Origin: Iamia sp.
GTDB taxonomy: Bacteria; Actinomycetota; Acidimicrobiia; Acidimicrobiales; Iamiaceae
Assembly: GCA_052038315.1 (NCBI GenBank)
Contig: JBQGCF010000064.1
Coordinates: 3,289 to 67,288, forward strand
Direction: 5' to 3'
DNA length: 64,000 nt
Under the pieces are notes generated by a model. It worked only from the letters and a program-made list of their open reading frames with translations, ran no database searches and was not told the origin of the DNA. The position numbers and the translations under genes were made by a program. Shown here in pieces: positions 18,968-27,671 of this stretch. Numbering within the stretch: the stretch's first letter is position 1; each line of letters begins with the position of its first letter.

Positions 18968-21175
18968 ATGCCCCGCACCCGCCGACCCATCCCGGCCCAC
19001 AACCTCAAGACGACGCGCCACGGCACGGTCAAGCGGCGCAACATCCTGTGGCGCTGGCGTCGCCTCTTCTACCTCGGCGTGCTGATGGCCATCGTCGGCG
19101 TGACCGGGGCCGGCTACGTCGTCTCCCAGGTCCCGCTGCCCACCGAGCCGCCGGTCGAGGCCCAGACCACCTTCATCTGCACGGCCGAGGTCCTGCCCGG
19201 CCAGTGCAACGAGAACACCGCGGCGGCCACCCTCCACGGCGAGGAGGACCGGGTCAACGTCAAGCTGGCCCAGATCCCCGACGTGATGATCGACGCCGTG
19301 GTGGCGGCCGAGGACCGGGACTTCTTCGAGCACGGCGGCGTCGACCCGCTCGGCATCGCCCGGGCCGCCTACACCGACATCCGGGGCAACTCGGCCTCCC
19401 GCCAGGGCGGCTCGACGATCACCCAGCAGTACGTCAAGAACGTCTACCTCACCGACGAGCGGACCCTCACCCGCAAGATCCGTGAGGCGGTGATGGCCAT
19501 CAAGCTGGAGCAGGAGATCTCGAAGGAGCAGATCCTCGAGAACTACCTGAACACGATCTACTTCGGCCGCGGCGCCTACGGGGTCCAGGCCGCCAGCCGG
19601 GTCTACTTCCAGAAGGACGTCGGCGAGCTGGGGCTGGCCGACGCCGCCCTGCTCGCCGGGCTGATCCGCTCGCCCAACCTGGCCGAGCCCTACGAGCACC
19701 CGGAGGAGGCCAAGCGCCGCCGGCGCACCGTGCTCGACGCCATGCTCCAGGAGGAGATGATCAGCAAGGGCGATCGGGACGCGGCCGACGAGGTCCCGAT
19801 GAACCTCTACGGCGGGATCCAGTTCTGGGAGCCGAGCAACAGCGTCGACGTCAAGGACCCGGTCTCGCTGGTCCAGGGCGACTACTTCATCGAGTACGTG
19901 CGCAGCCAGCTGGCCAAGAAGTACGGCAACGAGACCGTCTTCGGCGGCGGGCTCCGGGTGTACACGACCCTCGACCTCGGCATGCAGGCCAAGGCCCTCC
20001 AGGCGGTCAACGAGACCCTCGACCAGCCCAACGACCCGGCTGCGTCGATCGTCGCCATCGACGACACCGGCCAGGTCCGGGCCATGGTCGGCGGCCGGGA
20101 CTTCGCCAACAACAAGGTCAACCTGGCCGTGGGGGCCGACGGCGGCGGCAGCGGTCGCCAGCCCGGGTCGACCTTCAAGGCCTTCGCCCTGGCCCTGGCC
20201 ATGCGTGAGGGCTACTCGGTCAACTCGCTCATCGAGACGCCGCCCACCAAGGTCTTCCCCGGCGCCAACGGCGGCGCCGACTGGGCCCCGACCGGGGGGT
20301 GCTGCAGCGGGGTGACCAGCATCGCCGAGGCCACCGCCAAGTCGGCCAACACCGCGTATGCCGAGATGATGATCGAGCTCGGCCCGCAGAACGTGATCGA
20401 CATGGCCCGCCAGCTGGGCGTGTCCACCGAGTTCCCCGAGGCCTTCCCGTCGATCGTGCTCGGCTCGGGCGAGGTGTCGGTGCTCGACATGGCCGCCGGC
20501 TACTCGACGTTCATGAACGAGGGCACCCGGATCGACGCCCGGGTCATCACCCGGGTCGAGGACGCCAACGGCAACCTGATCGAGGAGTTCCCGGCCAAGC
20601 GGACCCAGGTCCTCGACGTCGACCAGGCCTCGCGGGTCACCTACGCCCTCGAGCAGGTGATCGACCACGGCACCGGCGAGGCGGCCGACTTCGGGCGGCC
20701 GGCGGCGGGCAAGACGGGCACGACCCAGAACAACGCCGACGCCTGGTTCGTGGGCTACACGCCGTCGCTGACCGCCGCGGTGTGGATGGGCTACCCCGAG
20801 GGCAACCGGCCCATGACCGACGTGCGGGGCGGGGAGGTCGCCGGCGGAGGCATACCGTCGGAGATGTGGGCCCGCTTCATGGAGCTGGCCACCGAGGGGA
20901 CCGACGTCGAGGAGTTCCCGCCACCGGCCGACCTCGACTTCGGCTTCGACTGGGACCCGGAGCTGGAGGAGACCTACGTGCCGCCCAGCACCGCCCCCAC
21001 CGGGGGCGGCGGGGGCACGGGCACGACGGTGCCGAGCGACACCACGCCGACCGACAGCACGCCCACGGACACGACCCCGACCGACACGACCCCGGCGACC
21101 GAGCCCGAGGTGACCGAGCCGACGCTGCCGGTCGAGCCGACGGTCCCCCAGGGCGGCGCTCCGCCCGACGGCTAG
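18968..21175 (+). CDS. ponA: Class A penicillin-binding protein (transglycosylase/transpeptidase)
   Basis: EDRDFFEHGGVD, QGGSTITQQYVKN, RKIRE, YLNTIYFG; SxxK (STFK), SAN, KTGT; Thr/Pro-rich tail. Confidence 0.93.
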   Translation: MPRTRRPIPAHNLKTTRHGTVKRRNILWRWRRLFYLGVLMAIVGVTGAGYVVSQVPLPTEPPVEAQTTFICTAEVLPGQCNENTAAATLHGEEDRVNVKLAQIPDVMIDAVVAAEDRDFFEHGGVDPLGIARAAYTDIRGNSASRQGGSTITQQYVKNVYLTDERTLTRKIREAVMAIKLEQEISKEQILENYLNTIYFGRGAYGVQAASRVYFQKDVGELGLADAALLAGLIRSPNLAEPYEHPEEAKRRRRTVLDAMLQEEMISKGDRDAADEVPMNLYGGIQFWEPSNSVDVKDPVSLVQGDYFIEYVRSQLAKKYGNETVFGGGLRVYTTLDLGMQAKALQAVNETLDQPNDPAASIVAIDDTGQVRAMVGGRDFANNKVNLAVGADGGGSGRQPGSTFKAFALALAMREGYSVNSLIETPPTKVFPGANGGADWAPTGGCCSGVTSIAEATAKSANTAYAEMMIELGPQNVIDMARQLGVSTEFPEAFPSIVLGSGEVSVLDMAAGYSTFMNEGTRIDARVITRVEDANGNLIEEFPAKRTQVLDVDQASRVTYALEQVIDHGTGEAADFGRPAAGKTGTTQNNADAWFVGYTPSLTAAVWMGYPEGNRPMTDVRGGEVAGGGIPSEMWARFMELATEGTDVEEFPPPADLDFGFDWDPELEETYVPPSTAPTGGGGGTGTTVPSDTTPTDSTPTDTTPTDTTPATEPEVTEPTLPVEPTVPQGGAPPDG

Positions 21176-21373
21176 CTAGCCCTCGTCGAGCGTGGCTCCC
21201 ACGGGCACGTGCGGGTAGTTGGCCCGGCATGCCGCGCACCAGCGCTCGACCGCCTCGACCTGGGTGACCGAGCCCTCGGCGTCCCAGCTCTCGGGCGTGA
21301 TGTAGAGGCGGTGGAGGGCGATCAGGTCGTCGCAGTCGACCTCGCCACAGGAGTCGCAGGAGCCACGTTCCAC
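21176..21373 (-). CDS. Small CxxC...CxxC putative zinc-binding protein
   Basis: CDSC...WCAACRANYPH; TAGCCT 7 nt upstream of the GTG. Confidence 0.6.
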   Translation of the reverse strand: MERGSCDSCGEVDCDDLIALHRLYITPESWDAEGSVTQVEAVERWCAACRANYPHVPVGATLDEG

Positions 21374-21477
21374 GGGGTGCAGGCTACGGCGCGCCGGTTC
21401 GTGCACGGCGCCCGGGGCTCGGTAACCTGACCGCACCGCTGGCAGCCACTTCGGCGCTGGACGGAGAGGAGAACCGC

Positions 21478-22362
21478 ATGGCCCCCACCGCTCCCGCGGA
21501 TGGCGTTCGTCGCCGTCCGATCACGGCCCCCGCGATCCGCGCTCGCAAGGTGCGCGACGGTGCCGACCCGCTGGTCATGGTCACCGCCTACGACGCCCCC
21601 GGCGCCCGCATCGCCGATGCCGGCGGGGTCGACATGATCCTGGTCGGCGACAGCCTGGCCATGGTGGTCCTCGGCTACGAGGACACCCTCCAGGTCACGG
21701 TGGCCGACATGGCCCACCACACCGCCGCGGTGGCCCGGGCCAAGCCCGCCGCCCTGGTCGTCGGCGACCTGCCGTGGATGAGCTACCACGTCGACCGGGC
21801 CGACACGGTCCGCAACGCCGCCGAGCTGATCCGGGCCGGCGCCGGCGCGGTGAAGCTGGAGGGCGGCCGCAAGCGGCTGCCGATGGTCGAGGCCCTGGTC
21901 GACGCCGAGATCCCGGTGATGGGCCACATCGGCCTCACCCCGCAGTCGGTCCACGCCATGGGCGGGTTCAAGGTCCAGGGCCGCACCAGCGAGGCCGCGA
22001 CCCAGCTGGTGTCGGCGGCCAAGGCCCTGGCCCACGCCGGCGCCTTCGCCGTCGTGCTCGAGGGCATCCCCGACGAGGTCGGCCGGATGGTCACCGAGGC
22101 GATCGACGTGCCCACCATCGGCATCGGCGCCGGCCCCCACTGCGACGGCCAGGTGCTCGTGTACCACGACGTGCTCGGCATCGAGGAGCGGATGGCGCCC
22201 AAGTTCGTGCGCCGCTACGCCTCGATCGGCGCCGACTCCACCGCTGCGGTGGCCCGCTTCGCCGACGACGTCCGCACCGGCGCCTTCCCCGGCCCGGACG
22301 AGAGCTACCATCTCTCCGCCGCCGTGGCCGAGACCCTCGGCCTCTACGGCGCCGAGGGCTGA
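21478..22362 (+). CDS. panB: 3-methyl-2-oxobutanoate hydroxymethyltransferase
   Basis: VTAYD, ILVGDSL, VKLEGG, GHIGLTPQS, IGIGAG, DGQVLV. Confidence 0.96.
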   Translation: MAPTAPADGVRRRPITAPAIRARKVRDGADPLVMVTAYDAPGARIADAGGVDMILVGDSLAMVVLGYEDTLQVTVADMAHHTAAVARAKPAALVVGDLPWMSYHVDRADTVRNAAELIRAGAGAVKLEGGRKRLPMVEALVDAEIPVMGHIGLTPQSVHAMGGFKVQGRTSEAATQLVSAAKALAHAGAFAVVLEGIPDEVGRMVTEAIDVPTIGIGAGPHCDGQVLVYHDVLGIEERMAPKFVRRYASIGADSTAAVARFADDVRTGAFPGPDESYHLSAAVAETLGLYGAEG

Positions 22363-22399
22363 CCGCCGGCCGCGACAGCGCGGCGGGCATCATGATCCG

Positions 22400-23065
22400 A
22401 TGACGATCCGCCGGTCGCGCCTGCTCGGGGGCCTGGTGGCCGTGGCCCTGCTCCTCGGCGCCTGCGGCTCGTCGTCCGACGACTCCTCGGGGTCCTCGCC
22501 GTCGGGTTCCTCCGGGTCGTCGGGCTCCGCCTCCGCCGACGGCTCGACCACGGTCTCGACCACGACGATCCCGCTCGGCCCCCCGACCTCGGCCCTGTCC
22601 GAGGAGCCCGACGAGGGCCCCTTCGCCCCGGGCCGCACCCCGCTCACCGGCTTCGGCGAGATCGAGGTGCGGATCGTCGACGGCCCCGACGGCGAGCCGA
22701 TCATCATCTGCGTGCTGGTCGCCGACACCCCCGAGGAGCAGCAGCGGGGCCTGATGCACGTCACCGACCTGGGCGGCTACGACGGGATGCTCTTCCAGTT
22801 CGGCACCGACTCCACCGGTGGCTTCTGGATGAAGGACACCCTGCTGCCGCTGTCGATCGCCTACCTCGCCGAGGACGGCTCGGTCGTCAGCACGGCCGAC
22901 ATGGACCCCTGCCCCGAGGGCGAGCCCTGCCCCAGCTACCCCGCCGACGACCTCTACTGGTCGGCCCTGGAGGTCGAGCAGGGCGGCCTCGACGAGCTCG
23001 GCCTGGTCGAGGGCAGCACCGCCCGCCTCGAGGTCTCCGGCCCCTGCCAACCCCTCCAGACCTAG
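22400..23065 (+). CDS. DUF192 domain lipoprotein
   Basis: LGAC lipobox; ADTPEEQQRGLM, GMLF, FWMKDTLLPLSIA, ALEV. Confidence 0.88.
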   Translation: MTIRRSRLLGGLVAVALLLGACGSSSDDSSGSSPSGSSGSSGSASADGSTTVSTTTIPLGPPTSALSEEPDEGPFAPGRTPLTGFGEIEVRIVDGPDGEPIIICVLVADTPEEQQRGLMHVTDLGGYDGMLFQFGTDSTGGFWMKDTLLPLSIAYLAEDGSVVSTADMDPCPEGEPCPSYPADDLYWSALEVEQGGLDELGLVEGSTARLEVSGPCQPLQT

Positions 23066-23185
23066 CCCTGCAGTCGAGGTCTCGATCTGGCGGTGGAGAC
23101 GGACCGCAACCGGTGAGTGAGGTCGAGGTGCCCTCCCGCTCTCGTTGAGACCTCGATCCGTGCTGCCAAGATCACCGAGCGTCGA

Positions 23186-23335
23186 TGATCCACAGATCGT
23201 CCCCCAAGTCGGACCTTTCGTCCACAGACCGGGCCCACGATTCCCACAACCGATCAACCGCGTCGTCCTCTAGACATCCACAGGACGGATCGTCAAGGGT
23301 GAACTTGGAAAAGTTTTACCTTGTCATTTGGAAGC
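23186..23335 (+). promoter_or_regulatory. DnaA-box-like cluster plus AT-rich tract
   Basis: TGATCCACA 23186, TCGTCCACA 23218, ATTCCCACA 23240, ACATCCACA 23274, followed by AACTTGGAAAAGTTTTACCTTGTCATTT. Confidence 0.5.
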
Positions 23336-23389
23336 CCGGGGCAGCAGCCACTGCCCCGGGCGGATGTCGAAACTCTTGGAGGCCTCGAC

Positions 23390-23788
23390 GTGAGCGACGA
23401 TACCCCTCGGGATGACCCCCCGTCTCCCCCCGATCCTGTCTCCGAGTGCTGGATCCAGGCACTCGTGGCTCAGGCTCGAGCCTTGGACCAGGCCGTTGAC
23501 GACAGCACCCGCAGAGCGCTCGTCTGGGGGTTCGCGCCCCTGTTGGCGGCGCTCGAGGGACGTCTCGACGAGCGCAGCGTCGACGCCGTGGGCGCCGCCG
23601 CTCCACCGTCTGTGGGCAGCGGCCCGGACGGGCCAGGACTCATCCGGCGATGGGCCCCATCGGTCCTCGGTCTGGTGGCCGCGCTCGGAGCGATCCTCGG
23701 TGGCGAGCAGCTGGGGTCGTCGAGCGCCGGCCCGGGCAACCGTTCGGAGACCGTGGTGTCCATGGTCTGCGCCGACGACCAGCCCTGA
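23390..23788 (+). CDS. Hypothetical protein with atypical codon usage and one hydrophobic segment
   Basis: GGAGG upstream of GTG at 23390; lower-GC region; no recognisable motif. Confidence 0.35.
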   Translation: MSDDTPRDDPPSPPDPVSECWIQALVAQARALDQAVDDSTRRALVWGFAPLLAALEGRLDERSVDAVGAAAPPSVGSGPDGPGLIRRWAPSVLGLVAALGAILGGEQLGSSSAGPGNRSETVVSMVCADDQP

Positions 23789-23795
23789 GCTTCGC

Positions 23796-23817
23796 TGTCA
23801 CACCCCCTCTGCATGAT
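23796..23817 (+). promoter_or_regulatory. PafBC/RecA-NDp-like promoter upstream of the rpsF-ssb operon
   Basis: TGTCAC-N10-CATGAT. Confidence 0.45.
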
Positions 23818-23880
23818 GGCGCCATGCCCGGCTTTCACATCCAGGGGTGCGACCCCCTAGCCTCGAACGGTTCCAACAGA

Positions 23881-23933
23881 ACCCTGTGCCGGACCGACCG
23901 GCGCCCCGGTAGCCCCGGGTCCAGAGGGAGGTG
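23881..23933 (+). ncRNA. S6:S18 ribosomal protein leader (cis-regulatory RNA)
   Basis: CCCT/AGGG and GGACC/GGTCC stems with a CC-containing bulge; the 3' strand overlaps the GGAGGT SD of rpsF. Confidence 0.65.
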
Positions 23934-23943
23934 CTGACTCGCG

Positions 23944-24291
23944 ATGCGAGCGTACGAGCTGATGGTCATCTTCGACGGTGACCTCGATGAGTCCACGGTG
24001 CAGCAGGGGATCAACCGGATCCACGCGCAGATCACCGAGGCCGGTGGCGAGACCAAGACCACCGACAAGTGGGGGACCCGCCGGTTCGCCTACGAGATCA
24101 ACCACAAGAGCACCGGTTTCTACGTGGTGCTCGAGGTCCTGGCCGAGCCCGGTGCGCTCGACCGCCTCGAGAACTCGCTGCGGCTCGCGGACGAGATCGT
24201 CCGCCACAAGCTCATCCGCCTGCCCGAGGGCGAGGCCGCCCGACGCGGCCTCACCGGCGAGCAGGCCGCCCCGGCCCCGGCCGAGGCCTAG
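23944..24291 (+). CDS. rpsF: 30S ribosomal protein S6
   Basis: MRAYELMVIF...WGTRRFAYEI...GFY...RH. Confidence 0.96.
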   Translation: MRAYELMVIFDGDLDESTVQQGINRIHAQITEAGGETKTTDKWGTRRFAYEINHKSTGFYVVLEVLAEPGALDRLENSLRLADEIVRHKLIRLPEGEAARRGLTGEQAAPAPAEA

Positions 24292-24305
24292 TCGGAGGGA
24301 ATCCG

Positions 24306-24839
24306 ATGGCAGCAGACAACAACGTGACCCTCACGGGGAACATCACCCGTGACCCCGAGCTCCGCTTCACGCCCAGCGGGCAGGCCGTGGCCACCTTCGG
24401 CCTGGCCGTGAACCGCCGCTGGCAGAACCGCCAGACCAACGAGTGGGAGGAGCAGACCTCCTTCTTCGACGTGAAGTGCTGGGCCCAGATGGCCGAGAAC
24501 GTCTCCGAGTCGCTCACCCGTGGCTCGCGGGTGGTCGTCACCGGCCGGCTCGAGCAGCGCTCGTGGGAGACCGACAACGGCGACAAGCGCTCCAAGGTGG
24601 AGGTCGTCGCCGACGAGATCGCCCCCAGCCTGCGCTGGGCCACGGCCCAGATCACCAAGAACGAGCGCAGCGACGGCGGTGGTGGCGGCAGCTACGGCGG
24701 CGGTGGTGGCGGTGGCAACCGCGGCGGTGGTGGCGGCGGTGGCTACCGCGACGACAGCAGTGGCGGTGGCGGCAACCGGGGCGGCAGCTCCGGCGGCGGC
24801 TACGGCGGAGGCAACGACATGGACGAGGAGCCGTTCTGA
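24306..24839 (+). CDS. ssb: Single-stranded DNA-binding protein
   Basis: [26 protein letters not shown], Gly-rich linker, DEEPF C-terminus. Confidence 0.97.
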   Translation: MAADNNVTLTGNITRDPELRFTPSGQAVATFGLAVNRRWQNRQTNEWEEQTSFFDVKCWAQMAENVSESLTRGSRVVVTGRLEQRSWETDNGDKRSKVEVVADEIAPSLRWATAQITKNERSDGGGGGSYGGGGGGGNRGGGGGGGYRDDSSGGGGNRGGSSGGGYGGGNDMDEEPF

Positions 24840-25273
24840 TGGCACAGCACAAGCCCAAGCGGGGCAGCAAGAACAAGGACACCGGCCGGCGCGGCAAGAA
24901 GAAGATCAGCGTCCTCAGCCAGGAGAAGGTCGAGTACGTCGACTACAAGGACGTGAACCTGCTCAAGCGGTTCATGTCCGACCGGGCCAAGATCCGCGCC
25001 CGCCGCGTCACCGGCAACAGCGCCCAGCAGCAGCGGGAGGTGGCCATGGCCATCAAGAACGCCCGCGAGATGGCGCTGCTGCCCTACACCAACCGCATCA
25101 CCCAGCAGCGTGGTGGTGGCGGTCGCGACCGCGGCGAGCGGGGCGAGCGGGGCCTGCGTCCCGACGGCCCGATGCCGCGCCCGACGGCGCCGCCGCCCAC
25201 CGGTCGTGACGGCGAGGGCGAGCTCGACGTGACGCTGGCCGACGAGGGTGTGTCCGAGGAGGTCGAGGCCTGA
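24839..25273 (+). CDS. rpsR: 30S ribosomal protein S18 (Cys-free form, long C-terminal tail)
   Basis: [26 protein letters not shown]...[13 protein letters not shown]; TGATG coupling. Confidence 0.96.
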   Translation: MAQHKPKRGSKNKDTGRRGKKKISVLSQEKVEYVDYKDVNLLKRFMSDRAKIRARRVTGNSAQQQREVAMAIKNAREMALLPYTNRITQQRGGGGRDRGERGERGLRPDGPMPRPTAPPPTGRDGEGELDVTLADEGVSEEVEA

Positions 25274-25719
25274 TGCGCGTCGTGCTCCACGCCGACGTCG
25301 ATGGCGTCGGCACCAAGGGCGAGGTGGTGGAGGTGGCCGACGGCCACGCCCGCAACCTCCTGCTCCCCGCCGGTCTGGCCGTCAAGGCCACCGCCGGCTC
25401 CGAGGCCCAGGCCGAGGGCATGCGCAAGCGCCGGGCCGTCAAGGACGCCTCCGACCGCGCCGGGGCCGAGGAGATCGCCAAGGTCCTCGTGCCCACCACC
25501 ATCACGGTGACGGCCAAGGCCGGCGGCGAGGGTCGGCTGTTCGGCTCGATCGGCACCGCCGAGATCGCCGATGCGATCGAGGCCCAGACCGGCATCGTCA
25601 TCGACAAGAAGCGGCTCGTCCTCGACGATCCGATCAAGGAGACCGGAGAGCACCAGCTCACCGCCCGGCTCCACCCGTCGGTCCAGTTCCCCGTCCGCAT
25701 CGAGGTCGTGGGGGCCTGA
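25273..25719 (+). CDS. rplI: 50S ribosomal protein L9
   Basis: VEVADGHARNLLLP, GRLFGSI, PIKETG. Confidence 0.96.
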   Translation: MRVVLHADVDGVGTKGEVVEVADGHARNLLLPAGLAVKATAGSEAQAEGMRKRRAVKDASDRAGAEEIAKVLVPTTITVTAKAGGEGRLFGSIGTAEIADAIEAQTGIVIDKKRLVLDDPIKETGEHQLTARLHPSVQFPVRIEVVGA

Positions 25720-25833
25720 TGGTGCTGCGGTCCGGCCCCGGTCGGATCGCCACCGCAACCGAGAGCGATGCCGAGGGCCGGCCCGACGCGGGCCGGCCCT
25801 CGGCGCGCCCGGGCGTCACCCTCCCGCCGTCTC

Positions 25834-25982
25834 CCGTCCACAGGCCGTCCACCCCGTCCACACCGCGATCCACAGGCTCCGCGCCTAGCGATCCACAAGC
25901 CCGGTCCGCGAGGGTGGGCCCACGCCGGGAGCGCGGTGTGGAGGGACGTGGACCGGAGGCTCCACCCTCGGTCCGTGGATCG
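25834..25982. promoter_or_regulatory. DnaA-box-like cluster upstream of dnaB
   Basis: About eight TCCAC-core 9-mers: CCGTCCACA 25834 and 25854, CCGTCCACC 25845, CGATCCACA 25866 and 25889, plus three on the minus strand at 25937-25982. Confidence 0.55.
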
Positions 25983-26158
25983 CGCCCGGTGCACGCACCA
26001 CACGCCGCTGCCACCTGCTCGAACGCCACGGTCCCGCCGTCCCCGACGGTGGGCACCGGTCCGCCCGTCCCCCCGTCCGCCGTGACGGTCGGGACCAGCC
26101 CGCCCCGCCCGTCGCCCCGCCGACGGACCCTCGCCCGCCCCCCGGAGCCCCGCAACCG

Positions 26159-27667
26159 ATGACCGACGCTCCCCCCTTCGACGACGCCCCCCCGTTCGAC
26201 GACGAGCCGCCGTCGGACCTCGAGCCGCCCCGGCGGCGCGGCGGGGGCTTCGACGACGGGGGTCGGGGCTCGGGCGGCGGTCGCTTCGGCGGTCCGGGCG
26301 GGTCCGGCGGCTTCGGTGGGTCCGGCGGCTCGAGCGGCTCCGGTGGGCGGATCCCGCCCCACAACCTGGACGCCGAGCGGGCCCTGATCGGCGCCCTCCT
26401 GCTGTCGCGAGACGCGGTGGCGGCGGCGGCCGAGGTCATCCCCGGGGCCGACGTCTTCTACCGGCCGGCCCACGCCCACATCTACGAGGCGATCACGGTC
26501 CTCACCGGCCGGGGCGAGGTGGCCGACCCGATCACCGTCGCCGACGAGCTGCGCCGGCGCGACCTGCTCGACGCGGCCGGGGGCACCAGCGCCCTGATCG
26601 ACCTCCACGCCGATGCACCGGGCACGGCCAACGCCGCCCACTACGCCCGGATCGTCAAGGACCACGCCCTGCTCCGCCGGTTGATCGGCGCCGCCGGGGC
26701 CATCTCCGAGAGCGCCTACGGCCTGCCCGAGGACGTGCGCAAGGCCGTCGACGAGGCCGAGTCGCTCGTGTTCGACATCGCCCGCCACGAGGGCGAGGGC
26801 TCGACCGCCCAGCTCGCCGACCTGCTCGGCGAGACCATGGATCGCATCGAGGAGCTGCACGACCGCGGCTCGGAGATCACCGGCACGCCCACCGGCTACT
26901 ACGACCTCGACGAGATGACGGCCGGCCTCCAGCCCGGCGCCCTCATCGTGATCGGCGCCCGTCCCGCCATGGGCAAGACCGCCCTCTCGCTGGGCATGGC
27001 CACCAACGCGGCGATGCGGGCCAACAAGCCCGTGCTGCTGTTCAACCTGGAGATGAGCAAGCTCGAGCTGGTCCAGCGCATCCTCTGCGCCGAGGCCCGG
27101 GTCGACTCCAAGCGCATCCGCAACGGCCGGCTGTCCGACGCCGACTGGAACGGCATCGCCGCCGCCATGGGCCGGCTGGGTGACGCCAAGATCTGGATCG
27201 ACGACAACCCCAACGTGTCGGTGATGGAGATCCGCTCCAAGGCCCGGCGGCTGCGCAGCGAGGTCGGCAGCCTCGGCCTGGTGATCGTGGACTACATCCA
27301 GCTGATGACGGGCCGGTCGGGCGCCGAGAGCCGCCAGGTCGAGGTGGCCGAGATCAGCCGGGGCCTCAAGCTGCTCGCCCGTGAGCTGGAGTGCCCGGTG
27401 GTCGCCCTGGCCCAGCTCAACCGTGGCCTGGAGCAGCGCGCCGACAAGCGGCCGATGCTGAGCGACCTCCGCGAGTCGGGCTCGCTGGAGCAGGACGCCG
27501 ACATCGTCATGTTCCTCTACCGGGACGAGGTCTACGAGCCGACGCCCGAGAACCAGGGCCTGGCCGAGATCATCGTGGCCAAGCAGCGCAACGGCCCCAC
27601 CGGGGTCGCCCGGCTCAGCTTCCTGGCCCACCTCACCCGCTTCGAGTCCATGCCCAAGGACGGCTGA
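26159..27667 (+). CDS. dnaB: Replicative DNA helicase DnaB (no intein)
   Basis: PPHNLDAE, GARPAMGKT, VDYIQL, AQLNR, DLRESGSLEQDAD, KQRNGPTG. Confidence 0.97.
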   Translation: MTDAPPFDDAPPFDDEPPSDLEPPRRRGGGFDDGGRGSGGGRFGGPGGSGGFGGSGGSSGSGGRIPPHNLDAERALIGALLLSRDAVAAAAEVIPGADVFYRPAHAHIYEAITVLTGRGEVADPITVADELRRRDLLDAAGGTSALIDLHADAPGTANAAHYARIVKDHALLRRLIGAAGAISESAYGLPEDVRKAVDEAESLVFDIARHEGEGSTAQLADLLGETMDRIEELHDRGSEITGTPTGYYDLDEMTAGLQPGALIVIGARPAMGKTALSLGMATNAAMRANKPVLLFNLEMSKLELVQRILCAEARVDSKRIRNGRLSDADWNGIAAAMGRLGDAKIWIDDNPNVSVMEIRSKARRLRSEVGSLGLVIVDYIQLMTGRSGAESRQVEVAEISRGLKLLARELECPVVALAQLNRGLEQRADKRPMLSDLRESGSLEQDADIVMFLYRDEVYEPTPENQGLAEIIVAKQRNGPTGVARLSFLAHLTRFESMPKDG

Positions 27668-27671
27668 GCCG

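Noticed and set aside
23186-25982. Calling either DnaA-box cluster oriC
   Set aside because: No dnaA or dnaN in the window and the boxes are degenerate; reported only as clusters.
26159-27667. Intein in DnaB
   Set aside because: Helicase motifs are contiguous and the length is normal.
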